From Schmidtea nova (lineage: Eukaryota), in assembly GCA_044892505.1 (NCBI GenBank), contig CM097882.1, forward strand, positions 379,812,001 through 379,876,000: DNA of 64,000 nt, in the 5' to 3' direction. The translations under genes and the position numbers were made by a program. Of the stretch, positions 36,084 to 47,700 are shown one piece after another. The first letter of the stretch is position 1; every line of letters starts with the position of its first letter. Under the pieces are notes generated by a model. That model did no database searches, had not been told where the DNA came from, and saw only the letters and a list, made by a program, of their open reading frames with translations.

Positions 36084-37244
36084 ATGGAAAACGCAAATGA
36101 ACATGTAAGCGAAGATGACACGAGAAACGAGATGTCAAACGAACGAGAATCAATAGAAAGAGAAATCGAAAGGAGATGTAAAATGGAAGTGGAACAAAGA
36201 ACCAGAGAATTAAACGAAGTAATGACAAATAATTTCTACGAGAAACTAAAATGTGAGAGACGAACGGAGTTATATCAACTAGAACTCGAGGAAGTAAATA
36301 AAGAGATAGTACAACTGACAACACAAATGGAGAAGCTAAAAGGAACGAATGTACGAAGTCGACAGAAGATAGAAGAGACCTATCAGTTGATGAGGAAACA
36401 AGCAGAACATTATAAAAATATGATGAAAACACGAAGAGAAGAGAGGGAGAAACAAGAGGAAAAGATGGAGGTAAAAATACTAGCAATCAAGGCTCAAGCG
36501 AGACATTGGAAGATGGAGTCGAAACGAGTGTATAAAGAAGCCAAAGAAATAATCAGAAAGACAGCATACAGCGAAGATTGGAAACTGTATCAAGAGATAG
36601 ACGAATTGAAAGAGGAATTGGAACAGAAAAAGCGACAAGAACAGACAAACAAAGAATGGAGTCGAAAACGACAGCGATTTATTCGAGAACAGGCGAAGGA
36701 ACTAAAGAAAACGCAATGGCAAATACAGATGATAAATGGAGAAATGCGAGGCATTAGACAGAAAGAGGAAGCGGAAAGACAAAAGTTGATCAGGGAAAAA
36801 GAAAGTCTGGAAAGAGATGTAAATGGCTACCAAGGAGTAGTGACTCAAAAGAAAATGGAACTGAAAGCTGTGAAGGAAAGACATGCGGAATCAAACCGAG
36901 CTTATGAGGAAAATATAACGAACTTGACGAAAGAAAACGAGGAACTGAAACAACAAATAAGAACCCTGAAAGCAGAGAAAGAAACCCCAGAAATAGAAAC
37001 CGAACCACCAGAAGCAGAAGCCCTGAAGAGAAAAGTGGAAGAAATGGAAAGACAAATCGAAACTCTGAGCGAACAATCAGACTACATGGAGTATCTGTTA
37101 GATGAAGAGATACAAATCTCTCGAACGTATCAAGATGAAATCGCAATGTGGCGAAGCAGAGTGGTGTGGTTACCGTTTATACCACCACCACCAATGGAAC
37201 TCCAAGATGAAGGGTTCCATGAACCAGAGGAGACGGATGTGTAA
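36084..37244 (+). CDS. 386-aa coiled-coil cargo protein
   Basis: Long intact E/K/R-rich heptad ORF. Confidence 0.75.
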   Translation: MENANEHVSEDDTRNEMSNERESIEREIERRCKMEVEQRTRELNEVMTNNFYEKLKCERRTELYQLELEEVNKEIVQLTTQMEKLKGTNVRSRQKIEETYQLMRKQAEHYKNMMKTRREEREKQEEKMEVKILAIKAQARHWKMESKRVYKEAKEIIRKTAYSEDWKLYQEIDELKEELEQKKRQEQTNKEWSRKRQRFIREQAKELKKTQWQIQMINGEMRGIRQKEEAERQKLIREKESLERDVNGYQGVVTQKKMELKAVKERHAESNRAYEENITNLTKENEELKQQIRTLKAEKETPEIETEPPEAEALKRKVEEMERQIETLSEQSDYMEYLLDEEIQISRTYQDEIAMWRSRVVWLPFIPPPPMELQDEGFHEPEETDV

Positions 37245-37317
37245 AAAGAGGCGAAAAATCCGTGTGTAAAAATGTACAAATCAATGTAACAGGTATTAAT
37301 CAGTAGAATAATCAGAA

Positions 37318-37842
37318 ATGAACTGGCTCAAAACCCTACCAATCCTAACGATTATGTTAACTACAACAATAATGACCTGTTCAACAACCGAAATCCAAAG
37401 AACCCTGTCAAACGAGATATCCCAAGAAATCGAAAAACAACTAAACGAAGTCAGAGAAGACTTGGAACAATTAATCCGACAAATGCGAATCAGTCATGAT
37501 CATCGCAAACCCTTACAAACCCTATTCAACCAAATCGAGAAGATCCGAGAAATCCATAAAACATTCCAAGATCACCTAAAGCCCATCAAAGGCCAAACCC
37601 AAATCGAATCCGAAATCCGAAACAGATGGATCATCGTGGGAATAGTCACAATGACAATACTGACAATCATCCTGATCATCGTGATTACGCATACCCTATA
37701 TCGAATCAGAAGCCTCAAACAACAACAAACGATAATGTGTAGATGCGCCAAACGAGAAGCAAAAACCCAACAAAGGATGAGAAGTCATCTACGACAAATC
37801 CAAGCCCGATACGAAATGCAGTCAACCAGTGAAAGGACCTGA
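37318..37842 (+). CDS. 174-aa predicted type I membrane protein (signal peptide, helical ectodomain, TM)
   Basis: N-terminal MNWLKTLPILTIMLTTTIMTC and TM WIIVGIVTMTILTIILIIVITHTLY. Confidence 0.75.
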   Translation: MNWLKTLPILTIMLTTTIMTCSTTEIQRTLSNEISQEIEKQLNEVREDLEQLIRQMRISHDHRKPLQTLFNQIEKIREIHKTFQDHLKPIKGQTQIESEIRNRWIIVGIVTMTILTIILIIVITHTLYRIRSLKQQQTIMCRCAKREAKTQQRMRSHLRQIQARYEMQSTSERT

Positions 37843-39486
37843 AAACCGACCCCTATGAGCCAGAAACATTGAACTGTGTATAAACAATAAAAACATGACA
37901 AGGACAATGTGTGACTTTGTAAAAATGGGTATAAAAGCTACCACCTTATGTGGTTTTGCATGTAAGTTCTGTCACGAACTTTTTATGTATGTTGATGTAG
38001 GTATATGCATGTAATTGCGGGACGCAATTTTAGGGGACCCCGAGTGATGTTGGGCCAGCCAAATCGAGCAGCATCTGAAAATAATGTACAATCAATAAAA
38101 TAAATTAAATACAGAATAACAACAAAATAAATTACCAACACCAAAGCGTAACAAAATAAGCGGCAACATCTAAAAGAAATAAAGTATTAACCAAAACAAA
38201 ATAAAACTCAAGAACTTACTCATGCGAAACAGAAAAAATCTGAATATGACAGCGCGTGGGCGGATGTCACCGAAGAGCTAAAACAAAATCAAATAAAAAT
38301 TAAATCGTACAAAAAATAAACTTACCGCATGATTAACCAAATCAATCATTGAGTTGAGTTAGGCACCAAAAAGCCGGCAACACAAAATAATGAAGCAAAC
38401 ATACACACATACTCGATGCTGATTGGCTAACCAACAACACCGGTTGAGTATAAATACTGAAGTCAAATCAGTATTTGACAATGTCATTTTACCGAGTGCA
38501 AGTTGTAACTGATAACTTGTAGTAATCTTGTGAACCAATCGAAAATAAAAGGTAATTTCGAGTTATGTTTTGATGTATTTAAACCCTCATAATTATGTTA
38601 AAATCCATAAGGTTTTCCGGAGGCCTAACAGCCTGACGGATTCTTTGGCCTCTCAGCGCAACACACCTTATCGGTTGTGAGGTACTGATGCGGCGGGACC
38701 ATAAGTTTACTAAATACTTGATGGGGGAAAAAGGGGATGCACATAGGGTATCGAGTAAGACCTAATGATCATGAACTAAGTCAAGGTAGAGACGGTCTAG
38801 TACAAACGCTATGCATCACGATAATAAGGTATCGAGTGACAGTTAATGGTCATAAATCGAATCAAGGTAAAGCTCATTTCGCAAGGGAAGATATATACAT
38901 GAGGTATCTTGACGAGGGGGTGTACCTTCAAGGAGTGCTGGTACATCAAAAGTCGATGAGAATCGGGATAGGTAAAGCGTAACATGGTGGTCAAAGGACA
39001 TTAGCGCCAAGGGGCAGTAGTGAACCGAATGAGTTGCTAATAAATACATATAATCCCACTGAGGGCATGAAAAGTCAGACCCGATAGTAGATAAAATTAG
39101 TGCGTTTCTCAACGAAGTAGTTGACTAAGGGATTACTAAATTTTCCCCGTGACGTGAATCTTGATAGTTGCTGATGATGATCCGTAAATGAACCATGTTG
39201 AATGAATGAAAATGATCGATGAGAAATTAAATGTAACGTAAAATATGATTGTAAATAACAAGTCGAAATGAGCGTAGCTAAAACCAACTGAAATTGCGGA
39301 GTGAATCAACTCACCCAAGTAAAGTCACCACCTACATGAACACCGCGACCAATGGTCTAGTAAATTATATACGAGCTACAAGGCCTACGGCTAATAGAAC
39401 GATAAACCAAGTAGGTTGATCGACATAAATATCGATGGTCGATGATAGAGTCTGTCAGTTAACCTAAAATTCCATTTCAGAGTGAC

Positions 39487-40122
39487 ATGATGAAGACCGA
39501 ATATCTCATGAAGGAGCCGGTAGGACCCCTAACCGTCAAATCAGAGGAGTACATTCTACGGAGGAAACGGCGCATCCGCTCCGTCATCACACCAAAATTA
39601 CCTATCGAAATCCAAGGAGAGAAGGAGGCCCCACGCCAAATTTTCAACTCCGCACGTAGACACCTGCGTCGATGGACAAGGACCCATATGAGCACAGCGG
39701 CAAGTATTCCCGCCTGTGCATTCCAACTACAGCTGAGGTGGGAAGGCGATGTCAATTGGACGCCCTCCCCGAACCCCACCAAAGATGGATACGAAAGATG
39801 GTTCTATCAATTTGTAGATGAAACACAACAACCCCGCTGGGTACTAAGCACCGGAATGATGACCGGGCAGGCATTCGGCCAACTCGGGTATTTGCTGCTA
39901 GACAGGCCTCGGTGTGGTGACACTGGGGAAGTCTTCGTTTACCCGAACGCCCCAGGCAGTGTTTCCGTGGATCAACACCCCGAGCCCAAAGACCTTCGCC
40001 TCTGGGAGGTGTTCATTTATCAAAACAAACTGAGTTGGAATCCGGCCCCCGAACTATACCATGAAACAGGGATTCGCCGAGACGAGAACCCGGCCGATCA
40101 AGAGTTACGACCATACAATTGA
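39487..40122 (+). CDS. 3'-LTR copy of the 211-aa ORF
   Basis: Identical translation to 17977-18612. Confidence 0.6.
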   Translation: MMKTEYLMKEPVGPLTVKSEEYILRRKRRIRSVITPKLPIEIQGEKEAPRQIFNSARRHLRRWTRTHMSTAASIPACAFQLQLRWEGDVNWTPSPNPTKDGYERWFYQFVDETQQPRWVLSTGMMTGQAFGQLGYLLLDRPRCGDTGEVFVYPNAPGSVSVDQHPEPKDLRLWEVFIYQNKLSWNPAPELYHETGIRRDENPADQELRPYN

Positions 40123-40299
40123 TCACGAGGACGACATCCCAATGAACGAATATCTGTTGTGAATTAAAAATATATGTATCCATTTAAAAGGGTTTTGTTT
40201 TGGTTTTGGATGCATGGGGAATGAGTAAGGATAAGGGTGCAGTTGTTTAACGGTAAAATGGTGACTGAGAAACCAAACGATACATACATACCCTAGTTA

Positions 40300-40881
40300 A
40301 TGATACATTACTCAGATATGGACGAAAATCCCAATCGAGATTACAAGCAAGAGGCACGCGAACATAGAGCACGATCTCGTGTCCTCGAGAGTCGCTTGAG
40401 ACAGCTGAATGAGGAGCACCAGCGGATTAAGGCAACATGGTTTAATCCTGAGAGGGTTAAAACCATCTTACAAGCCCGATACAGAGCGGAACGAACGATC
40501 GATGAACAAGCGAGAGAGGTCGCAGCCCTGAAATTAGAGTTGGCCAATTATTTAAAGGTGTCTACCCAAGATTTCATCGCTGAGCAATTGCGTCCAGTGA
40601 TTAGAGCGAGCACCTTTAACAAATGGTTAAATTCGACATCAGCAACGACGAGTACGCAAACCGACGAAGAGATAATCGTAACTACGGCAACCGAGATGAC
40701 CACAATCATACCACGAGGGTCGCAGAGGACAAAACGAAGGAACCGCTTAGGGGCGAAAAAGCGGAGGGAGCGACGCGCATATGCAGATCGCGTAGGAATA
40801 GAAGTAGACTTGCTCAGTGGCCTATCTGAACAAGAACTACTAAATGTAATTAGACCCTCTGTATTGTTAAACTATAAATAA
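40300..40881 (+). CDS. 3'-LTR copy of the 193-aa ORF
   Basis: Differs from the 5' copy by one L/R substitution. Confidence 0.6.
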   Translation: MIHYSDMDENPNRDYKQEAREHRARSRVLESRLRQLNEEHQRIKATWFNPERVKTILQARYRAERTIDEQAREVAALKLELANYLKVSTQDFIAEQLRPVIRASTFNKWLNSTSATTSTQTDEEIIVTTATEMTTIIPRGSQRTKRRNRLGAKKRRERRAYADRVGIEVDLLSGLSEQELLNVIRPSVLLNYK

Positions 40882-41640
40882 ATGTATAAAACTAATGATT
40901 TGACTTGTCTTGTTTGTTTGTGGAATGTCTGAGAATTGAATATAACTAAAACCCGGATTCATGTAAAACTGCAGATGCGCTAAGATTAAATTACCCTAGA
41001 GCAAAAGAAAGAGCATAAGTGGGACCGAAAGAAATCCACAGACGCCTTCTATCGGTAGTGGTGGACCCGTGAATAAACAAGGGAATAGTAGCCGAAAGGT
41101 TGCTCACCTGCCTTGTCATTTCACAACGTTGACACAGTACCAACATGATGAGTAGTTAGGGATACATCATGGGTGTCAGCGGGGGAATGTTTTTATGTTG
41201 GCGAGATCACCCTAACATATAAAATCATGAGGATCTCAGTTGTCAATCTAACCAACACACCAGCACATCGTAATGGATACAATAATATTCGATTGTGATA
41301 TCACGTTATGATGATCTGAAAGTAGGCAGTTATGTGGAGCATGAGTCATCGCCGAACAAAGGAAATGACGTCACCCCCCATGGGTTAGGAAAATTTTTAT
41401 GACATATCGCGATGACTCATCGATGACTCATTTCAAATTTGAATTTTATGACGTCATCAACGACTCATTTCAATTTCAAATTTTAAATTTGAATTTCCAA
41501 AGGTCAAATAAGGTCAAACCTTCAAACAAGGGTATCATTCGAATGGTCTTTGAGAGGTGCACACAATGGTCATACCCTCGAATGTTTATGGAGGGTTCTT
41601 AACCTTCAAAGGGTGCAAAACCTTCAACCTTTTTCAAACC

Positions 41641-41687
<47 letters not shown>

Positions 41688-41967
41688 ATAGGTCTAGGCG
41701 CTTTCTTTTGTTATATGTTTGAAGGAGTGTGTGTGAAGGAGTTGTAGTTGCTTGTTAAGGAGATTTAGTACGAACCCAAAAGAGTCTCCCAAAACTTGTT
41801 GTGGGGACAATTGGGGTGCCTGTGTTTGTAAGTAAGTATTTACAATGAATTAAATCAGTAAAAAAAAATTGAATAAAAGTTAAATTTTACAATGAGTATA
41901 TTATCACAAACAGTATAATTAAAAACCACGAAATGTTACTTTTTTTTATCTTCTTTACAATTTAGCA

Positions 41968-42440
41968 GCCTTTGACGAGGGAGATGATAAATATTGAAAA
42001 AAGGAATTTGAGAAATCGAATGGGGTAATTCTATTCTTTAAATTCTTTTAATTTGCTGGGTAATTTCTATCAATTTTCTTTGGCTTTTTCTTTTAGCAAT
42101 CTTTGCTTCTTTACAATTTACCAGCCTTTGACGAGGGAGATTATAAATATTGAGAAAATGAATTTGAGAAATCGAATGTGGTAATTCTATTCTTTAAATT
42201 CTTTTAATTAGCTTGGTAATTTCTATCAATTTTCTTTGGATTTTTCTTTTAGCAATCTTTGCTTCTTTACAATTTACCAGCCTTTGACGAGGGAGATTAT
42301 AAATATTAAAAATAAATTTGGGAAATCGAATGTGGGAATTCTATTCTTTAAATTCTTTCAATTTGTTTGGTAATTTCTATCGATCTTCTTTGGCTTTTTC
42401 TTTCAGCGATCTCGTAAAATAGTAGAATTCTCTTCTTCTA
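41968..42440. repeat. 156-bp tandem repeat x3 within a (TA)n-flanked insert in the Polinton left arm
   Basis: GCCTTTGACGAGGGAGAT occurs at 41968, 42124 and 42280. Confidence 0.85.
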
Positions 42441-42746
42441 TTTTCTTTTGATAGTTATTATGATTTCTTTTCAGATTCTTCCTTAGTAATCCTAATTTTT
42501 CCACTTATAATTTTTTGTATTAATTTTTTTTTTAAAATCCATTATTTCAATTTTTCAATTTGGCTTACTATAGCTTTTGCTATAGCAAGCCAAATTTGAA
42601 TTTTAAACGTAATAATAATAATGTTGGTAATAACAATAATAATTGAAATAAATATTTGCAGTCATAATGAAAAAGGGAGGGTTCCTGGTGTCCGCAAGGG
42701 CACCGTCCATAGTAATGACGGCGCTTACAAACAAAAATATAACATT

Positions 42747-42785
<39 letters not shown>

Positions 42786-43630
42786 TTCGAAAGGTATTTG
42801 AAGGGTGAGTATGATGGTCATACCCTTGAAGATCTATGGTGGGTGCTCAACCTTCAAAGGGTGCAAAATTTTCAACCTTTTTCAAACCTTGTGTGTAATA
42901 TTTCAAACAAAAGGTAATTGAGATGTGCACACAATGGTCATACCTTCGAAGGTGTACGGTGTGTCCTCAACCTTCAAGGGGTCAAAAATCTTCAAATATA
43001 TTTAAACTTTACAAGTTATATATCAAACAAAAGGTAATTGAGAGTTGAGTATGATGGTCAACCCTCGAAGGTGGGTGGTCGACCCTTGAAGGGTTCAAGG
43101 TTCAAAATTTTAAAAACTATATAATATATGTATCAAACAAAAGGTAATTGAGAGTCGACTATGATGGTCATACCCTTGAAGGTTGGTGGTCGACCCTCGA
43201 AGGGTCCAAGGTTCAAAACTATGTAATATATGTATCAAACAAAAGGTAGTTGGAAGGCGAGTATGATGATCATATTTTTTGTGTGTGTATGTGTGTCAAC
43301 CAGATAATACTACGTTGTGAGTCTCTTGTGTGTAAGACAGATAACAGTACGCCGTTGTGAGTCCTTTCCGTGTGTAAGCCANNNNNNNNNNNNNNNNNNN
43401 NNNNNNNNNNNNNNNNNNNNNNNNNNNNNNNNNNNNNNNNNNNNNNNNNNNNNNNNNNNNNNNNNNNNNNNNNNNNNNNNNNNNNNNNNNNNNNNNNNNN
43501 NNNNNNNNNNNNNNNNNNNNNNNNNNGGCTGTGCCGAAATATTGTGTTATTGTTTATAAAAAAAAATTTTGATCTATAGTCATTGATAATAATAATAAAA
43601 AAAGATCAAAGGTGAAAAAAGATAATTATG

Positions 43631-43668
<38 letters not shown>

Positions 43669-43948
43669 TTATAAAAAACTTTCAAAAACTAAACAAAGTT
43701 TTACTAATAAAAAACATTTTAAAAACGATAACAAATAAATTAACAAATCTATTGAGTGAAAATCAATCAAGCAAAATAATCATGATCATTGTTAAAATCG
43801 TCAATAAAATCATCTGGATTGTCTGGATCATTTCCTTCATTATTTTGATACAAAACTGGAGAGATTGGCTGATTGAAAGGTTCTGGATCGTCATCTGGTT
43901 CATCAATAAAGGTATCACCCACCCGAAAATTGCCATAGGCTAAAACTT

Positions 43949-44246
43949 TTATTTTTTGTTACCCAAAACCTTTTGTCGTCCATATTTGTCAGTTCTTTTT
44001 TTGTTGTTCTTTATGCTATATAGCTGATGATTTTTGCTGCATATTCTAAATTGCGGTACCTTGTAAATCCTATTGTTCACATAACAATCAAGATACGACT
44101 CATGACTCAGTCTAGTATCTTTCAAATCAACTCCCTTAGCCTTCATGTTACTCGCATCACCCAACAAACTGTAACATTTAGGCCTTAGGAACACCCACTC
44201 CTTATATAATAGTCCTTTACTCTCGTCTTTGAACTTGCCAATGACA
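43949..44246 (-). pseudogene. Inverted copy of the pPolB C-terminus in the left arm
   Basis: GKFKDESKGLLYKEWVFLRPKCYSLLGDASNMKAKGV... duplicates 49902-50230 with a few substitutions and indels. Confidence 0.9.
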
Positions 44247-44739
44247 ATCATTTCTAATATTATTATTATAAAATAATAAAATATTTACTTCTTAAAATTC
44301 ATAAAGCATTTAATTTTCATAAAATTCATAAAATTTTTAAAATATTATTATTATTTTATAATAATATTATCATTTCTGATATTATAAAATAATAAAATAT
44401 TTAATAATATATATTCTTAGATATCATATAAAAAATCATCAAAATATTTACATTTTTTCGATCCAATCGTTAATCCAGCAGCATTAAAATCTGATCCATT
44501 ACAAGTAGAACCAGCTGCATTCGGGGCATAAAAGCGAGAACCAGCAGTAATTTGAGCATCAGTTTGACCATAATTTATTACATTATTAATTTATAAAGAT
44601 TATTGTCAATTAAAATTAAATTAATTACTCTTATAAGTATAACAGTATCACCCACCTTTTATGCCCTAATTGTTATATTATTGATAACATACCATATATA
44701 CAATTTTATGAAAAACACTGTATTCATTTGAGTCAGTAT

Positions 44740-47700
44740 ATGACATCTAAAAAATCACTTTTTAATAAAGTATATTCAACACATAACCAACAAACAATAA
44801 TTCATCAACAAATACCAGACCAAGTACAAAATATTAACAAAGAGCTTGATAACAATCAAATAAATGAATTAATTAATATTAATAAACAATTAAATAATAA
44901 CCTAAATATTTTAATTAATAATTTAAATAATAATAAAAGAAAAGTTTTTAATGAGGATTCAATTCCTCAAAAATATCAAATAATTGAAATAAGTGACGAT
45001 GAAATCAATGACGATGAAATTATCGAAATCAATGACAATGAAATCATCGAAATCAGTGATCATGATGATGATCAAATAATTAATAATAATTTAATTAATC
45101 AAGTAGGATGCGGAAATGTCGAGGTTATTTCCGACTTAAACGATTCCCACATAATTTTAAAAATGGATGTATCATCCTTAAACTTAAAAATTGTTGTTGT
45201 TCCAGATATTTTAATTAATAAATTAAATTTAACAGTTTCGCAGAAGAGTTCTGTAAAATTTCAGTTTTGTATAAAGGTAGAATTTGAGAAAGATGACGAA
45301 CTCCAATCTTTCGTAATCTCAAATTCTGCCAGAATTATGAGTGATACCTTCATTGATGAAGGTATTGCTCTTTTAATCGAAAAAATTATTAAAATTAACG
45401 AAAAGGGTTCAAATTGGACGATACATAAAATTAAATATATAAGTTTTTTTAACAAAATATAGTGAAATTAGTCGCTTAAGTGGTCGTCGATTTCTCGCAA
45501 CTCCTAAAACTTTACTTAGTAAATACTGCATTGTTAATATTGAAAATCAGGATGAGTTTTGCTTTCTTTATAGCATTTTGGCTATTTTAAAATATGATAG
45601 TATTATTCCTGAGTTGAGACATCTTCCTTCCTATTATAACCTTTCACAACTAAAGCAGGATGCTGCTGATATGCCCATGAAACTTGGAAATATTTCTAAG
45701 TTTGAACGACAAAATCCAGGGTATGCAATTAATGTTTTGTCGTATGATGAAACTGCGTTGATTGATATAAGTAATGCCGACTCTATAATGAAACATCCCT
45801 TTATAGATATAATTTATAAAAGTAAGGTTGTAGGAGGAACACCAATTAACTTACTGCTTTTAGATAATAATAAAAGTTTTCATTACACCGCCATAACTGA
45901 TTTAAATCGATTCTTAAATTGCAGAAATGCATCAATAACTTCTGTCCGTATTTGCTGTCAATGGTGTCCTCGGTGTCTTAACGGTTTCCGAACTGATGAT
46001 TGTTTTAATCGTCATCGTGGTCTTTGTGAAAATAATCAATTGTGTACAACTTTGTACACTTTGCCTAAAAACCCTTTGCTTGAATTTACTGATTGGAAGA
46101 AAACTGTCACTCCTCCCTTTGTCATTTATGCCGATTTTGAGGCAATTTTACCGAAGGACACCAAATATTATCAAAAACATTTACCGATTGCAGCTGGCTT
46201 ATAACTAATTAATAACTTCACCGGTGAAAAAATCTACAAATCATTTTTAGGGCTAGATTGTGTAGATCAGCGGTTCTCAAATTCTTTGAAATTTTCTGCG
46301 AGGCGGTCCCTTTAAAAATTGTTAGATAGCTTGCGGACCCCTAATAATAAAAAATAAAAAAGGTATAGCAAATAAAACATATATATTAAGAAAATATTAC
46401 ATCGTAAAAGTTAAATAACAATTTTAATGCGACGGATGCATGCGTTTTCCCAGAACTAGAGCTTCTAGATTTGGCTTTGTCTTGGCCAGTGCAACTCGCA
46501 TATCATTTGTCGCGCATAATCTATTTCTTGCTTTTGTTTTAATTGTAAGTAGTGTAGAAAAAGCCGACTCACACTCATAGGTGGTTGCAAATGGAATGAG
46601 GACTTTTAGAGCCATCTTTGCAACATCAGGATAGGACAGTGCCATTTCAATCCAAAAGTCACTACAGCAAGTTCCACGGAAAACATGTTTTGCACCCTCA
46701 TCGTTTATTAAATCAATAAATTGTTCCTGAACTAAATTGTCGTCCGAGGGCAGGTCACTAATGGATACTTCAAATGGGTTAGTGATAAACCGATGGTGTT
46801 TTTCAAATTCTCGCAGATCAGGAAAATAGTGAGACATTTCTTTGCTAAGAACGAATACATGCTGTTCCATCATTTCAAGAATATCTGCATCGACTTCAAG
46901 CTCATTTTCATCAATATATGTATTCAGCTGTGGAAATGGAGCAAAATTCTTATTCTCTAACTTTGTAATCCATAGTTCGAGCTTCATTTTGAAAGCCAGA
47001 TTGATATAATTCACGGATTCAAATATGTCTACCAAAAATGACAAGGAAATAAGAAAACGGACATCGGAGAATTTTGTGTGCATGTCTGGTTTGGTATCTT
47101 TCAAAAATTGCTGAATTTCTTTATGGAGTATAAAAACCCTCTTTAAAACTTTCCCTTTGGAAAGCCACTTCACGTGTGAGTGCAACAAGAGTTTTTCAAT
47201 TCCGGAATCACTTTCTTTGCATAACTCGGAAAACAAACGAGAGTTAAGTGCATTTGATTTTATGAAATTTACTGCTGTAATCACATGATTGAGAACATTT
47301 TTCAACTTGTCAGGCATGGTTTTTACCATTAAAGCTTGGCGATGAATAGTGCAGTGTGTACCAATCATGTTTGGGGATTTTTGTTTAACCAAAGTTTGAA
47401 ACCCAGAACGACAACCAAGCATTGCTGGAGGACCGTCAGTACACACGCCAATAAGATTTTCCCATTTGATATCATGCGCTTCAAAGAATCTGTCCACTTT
47501 ATCAAAGATTTCTTTTGCAGTTGTTTTGGTATTGAGAGTTTCACAGAACAAAAATTCATCTTCCAGGTGTTTATCATACGTATATCGTACGTAGACGCAA
47601 AGTTGTGCTAAGTTGGCGACATCCGTCGTTTCATCAAGTTGGATTGCAAAGAAGGAAAACGTTGAGTTTTGAATTTTTGACACCACTTGCGACAGAATGT

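Larger units (their letters stand above)
16538..41265 (+). mobile_element. Giant (24,728 bp) env-bearing Ty3/Gypsy-related LTR retroelement without RT/RNase H/integrase
   Basis: Paired 3218-bp LTRs, CATC TSD (16534-16537 and 41266-41269), PBS, gag with CCHC knuckles, DTG protease and env. No YxDD RT or DDE integrase ORF is present among its ORFs. Confidence 0.95.
38048..41265 (+). repeat. 3' LTR (3218 bp)
   Basis: Copy of 16538-19755, preceded by an imperfect purine tract (TAGGGGACCCCGAGTGA). Confidence 0.97.

Noticed and set aside
19769-37146. Many minus-strand ORFs rich in F/L/S/I
   Set aside because: These are antisense shadows of the A/G-rich sense strand, which has few reverse-frame stops; no recognisable domains.
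38048-41265. LTR duplication as an assembly artefact
   Set aside because: There are three substitutions between copies, TG..CA ends, a PBS, a TSD and a restored Penelope frame.
44460-44590. Minus-strand peptide NYGQTDAQITAGSRFYAPNAAGSTC as a Polinton capsid remnant
   Set aside because: Too short to support homology.
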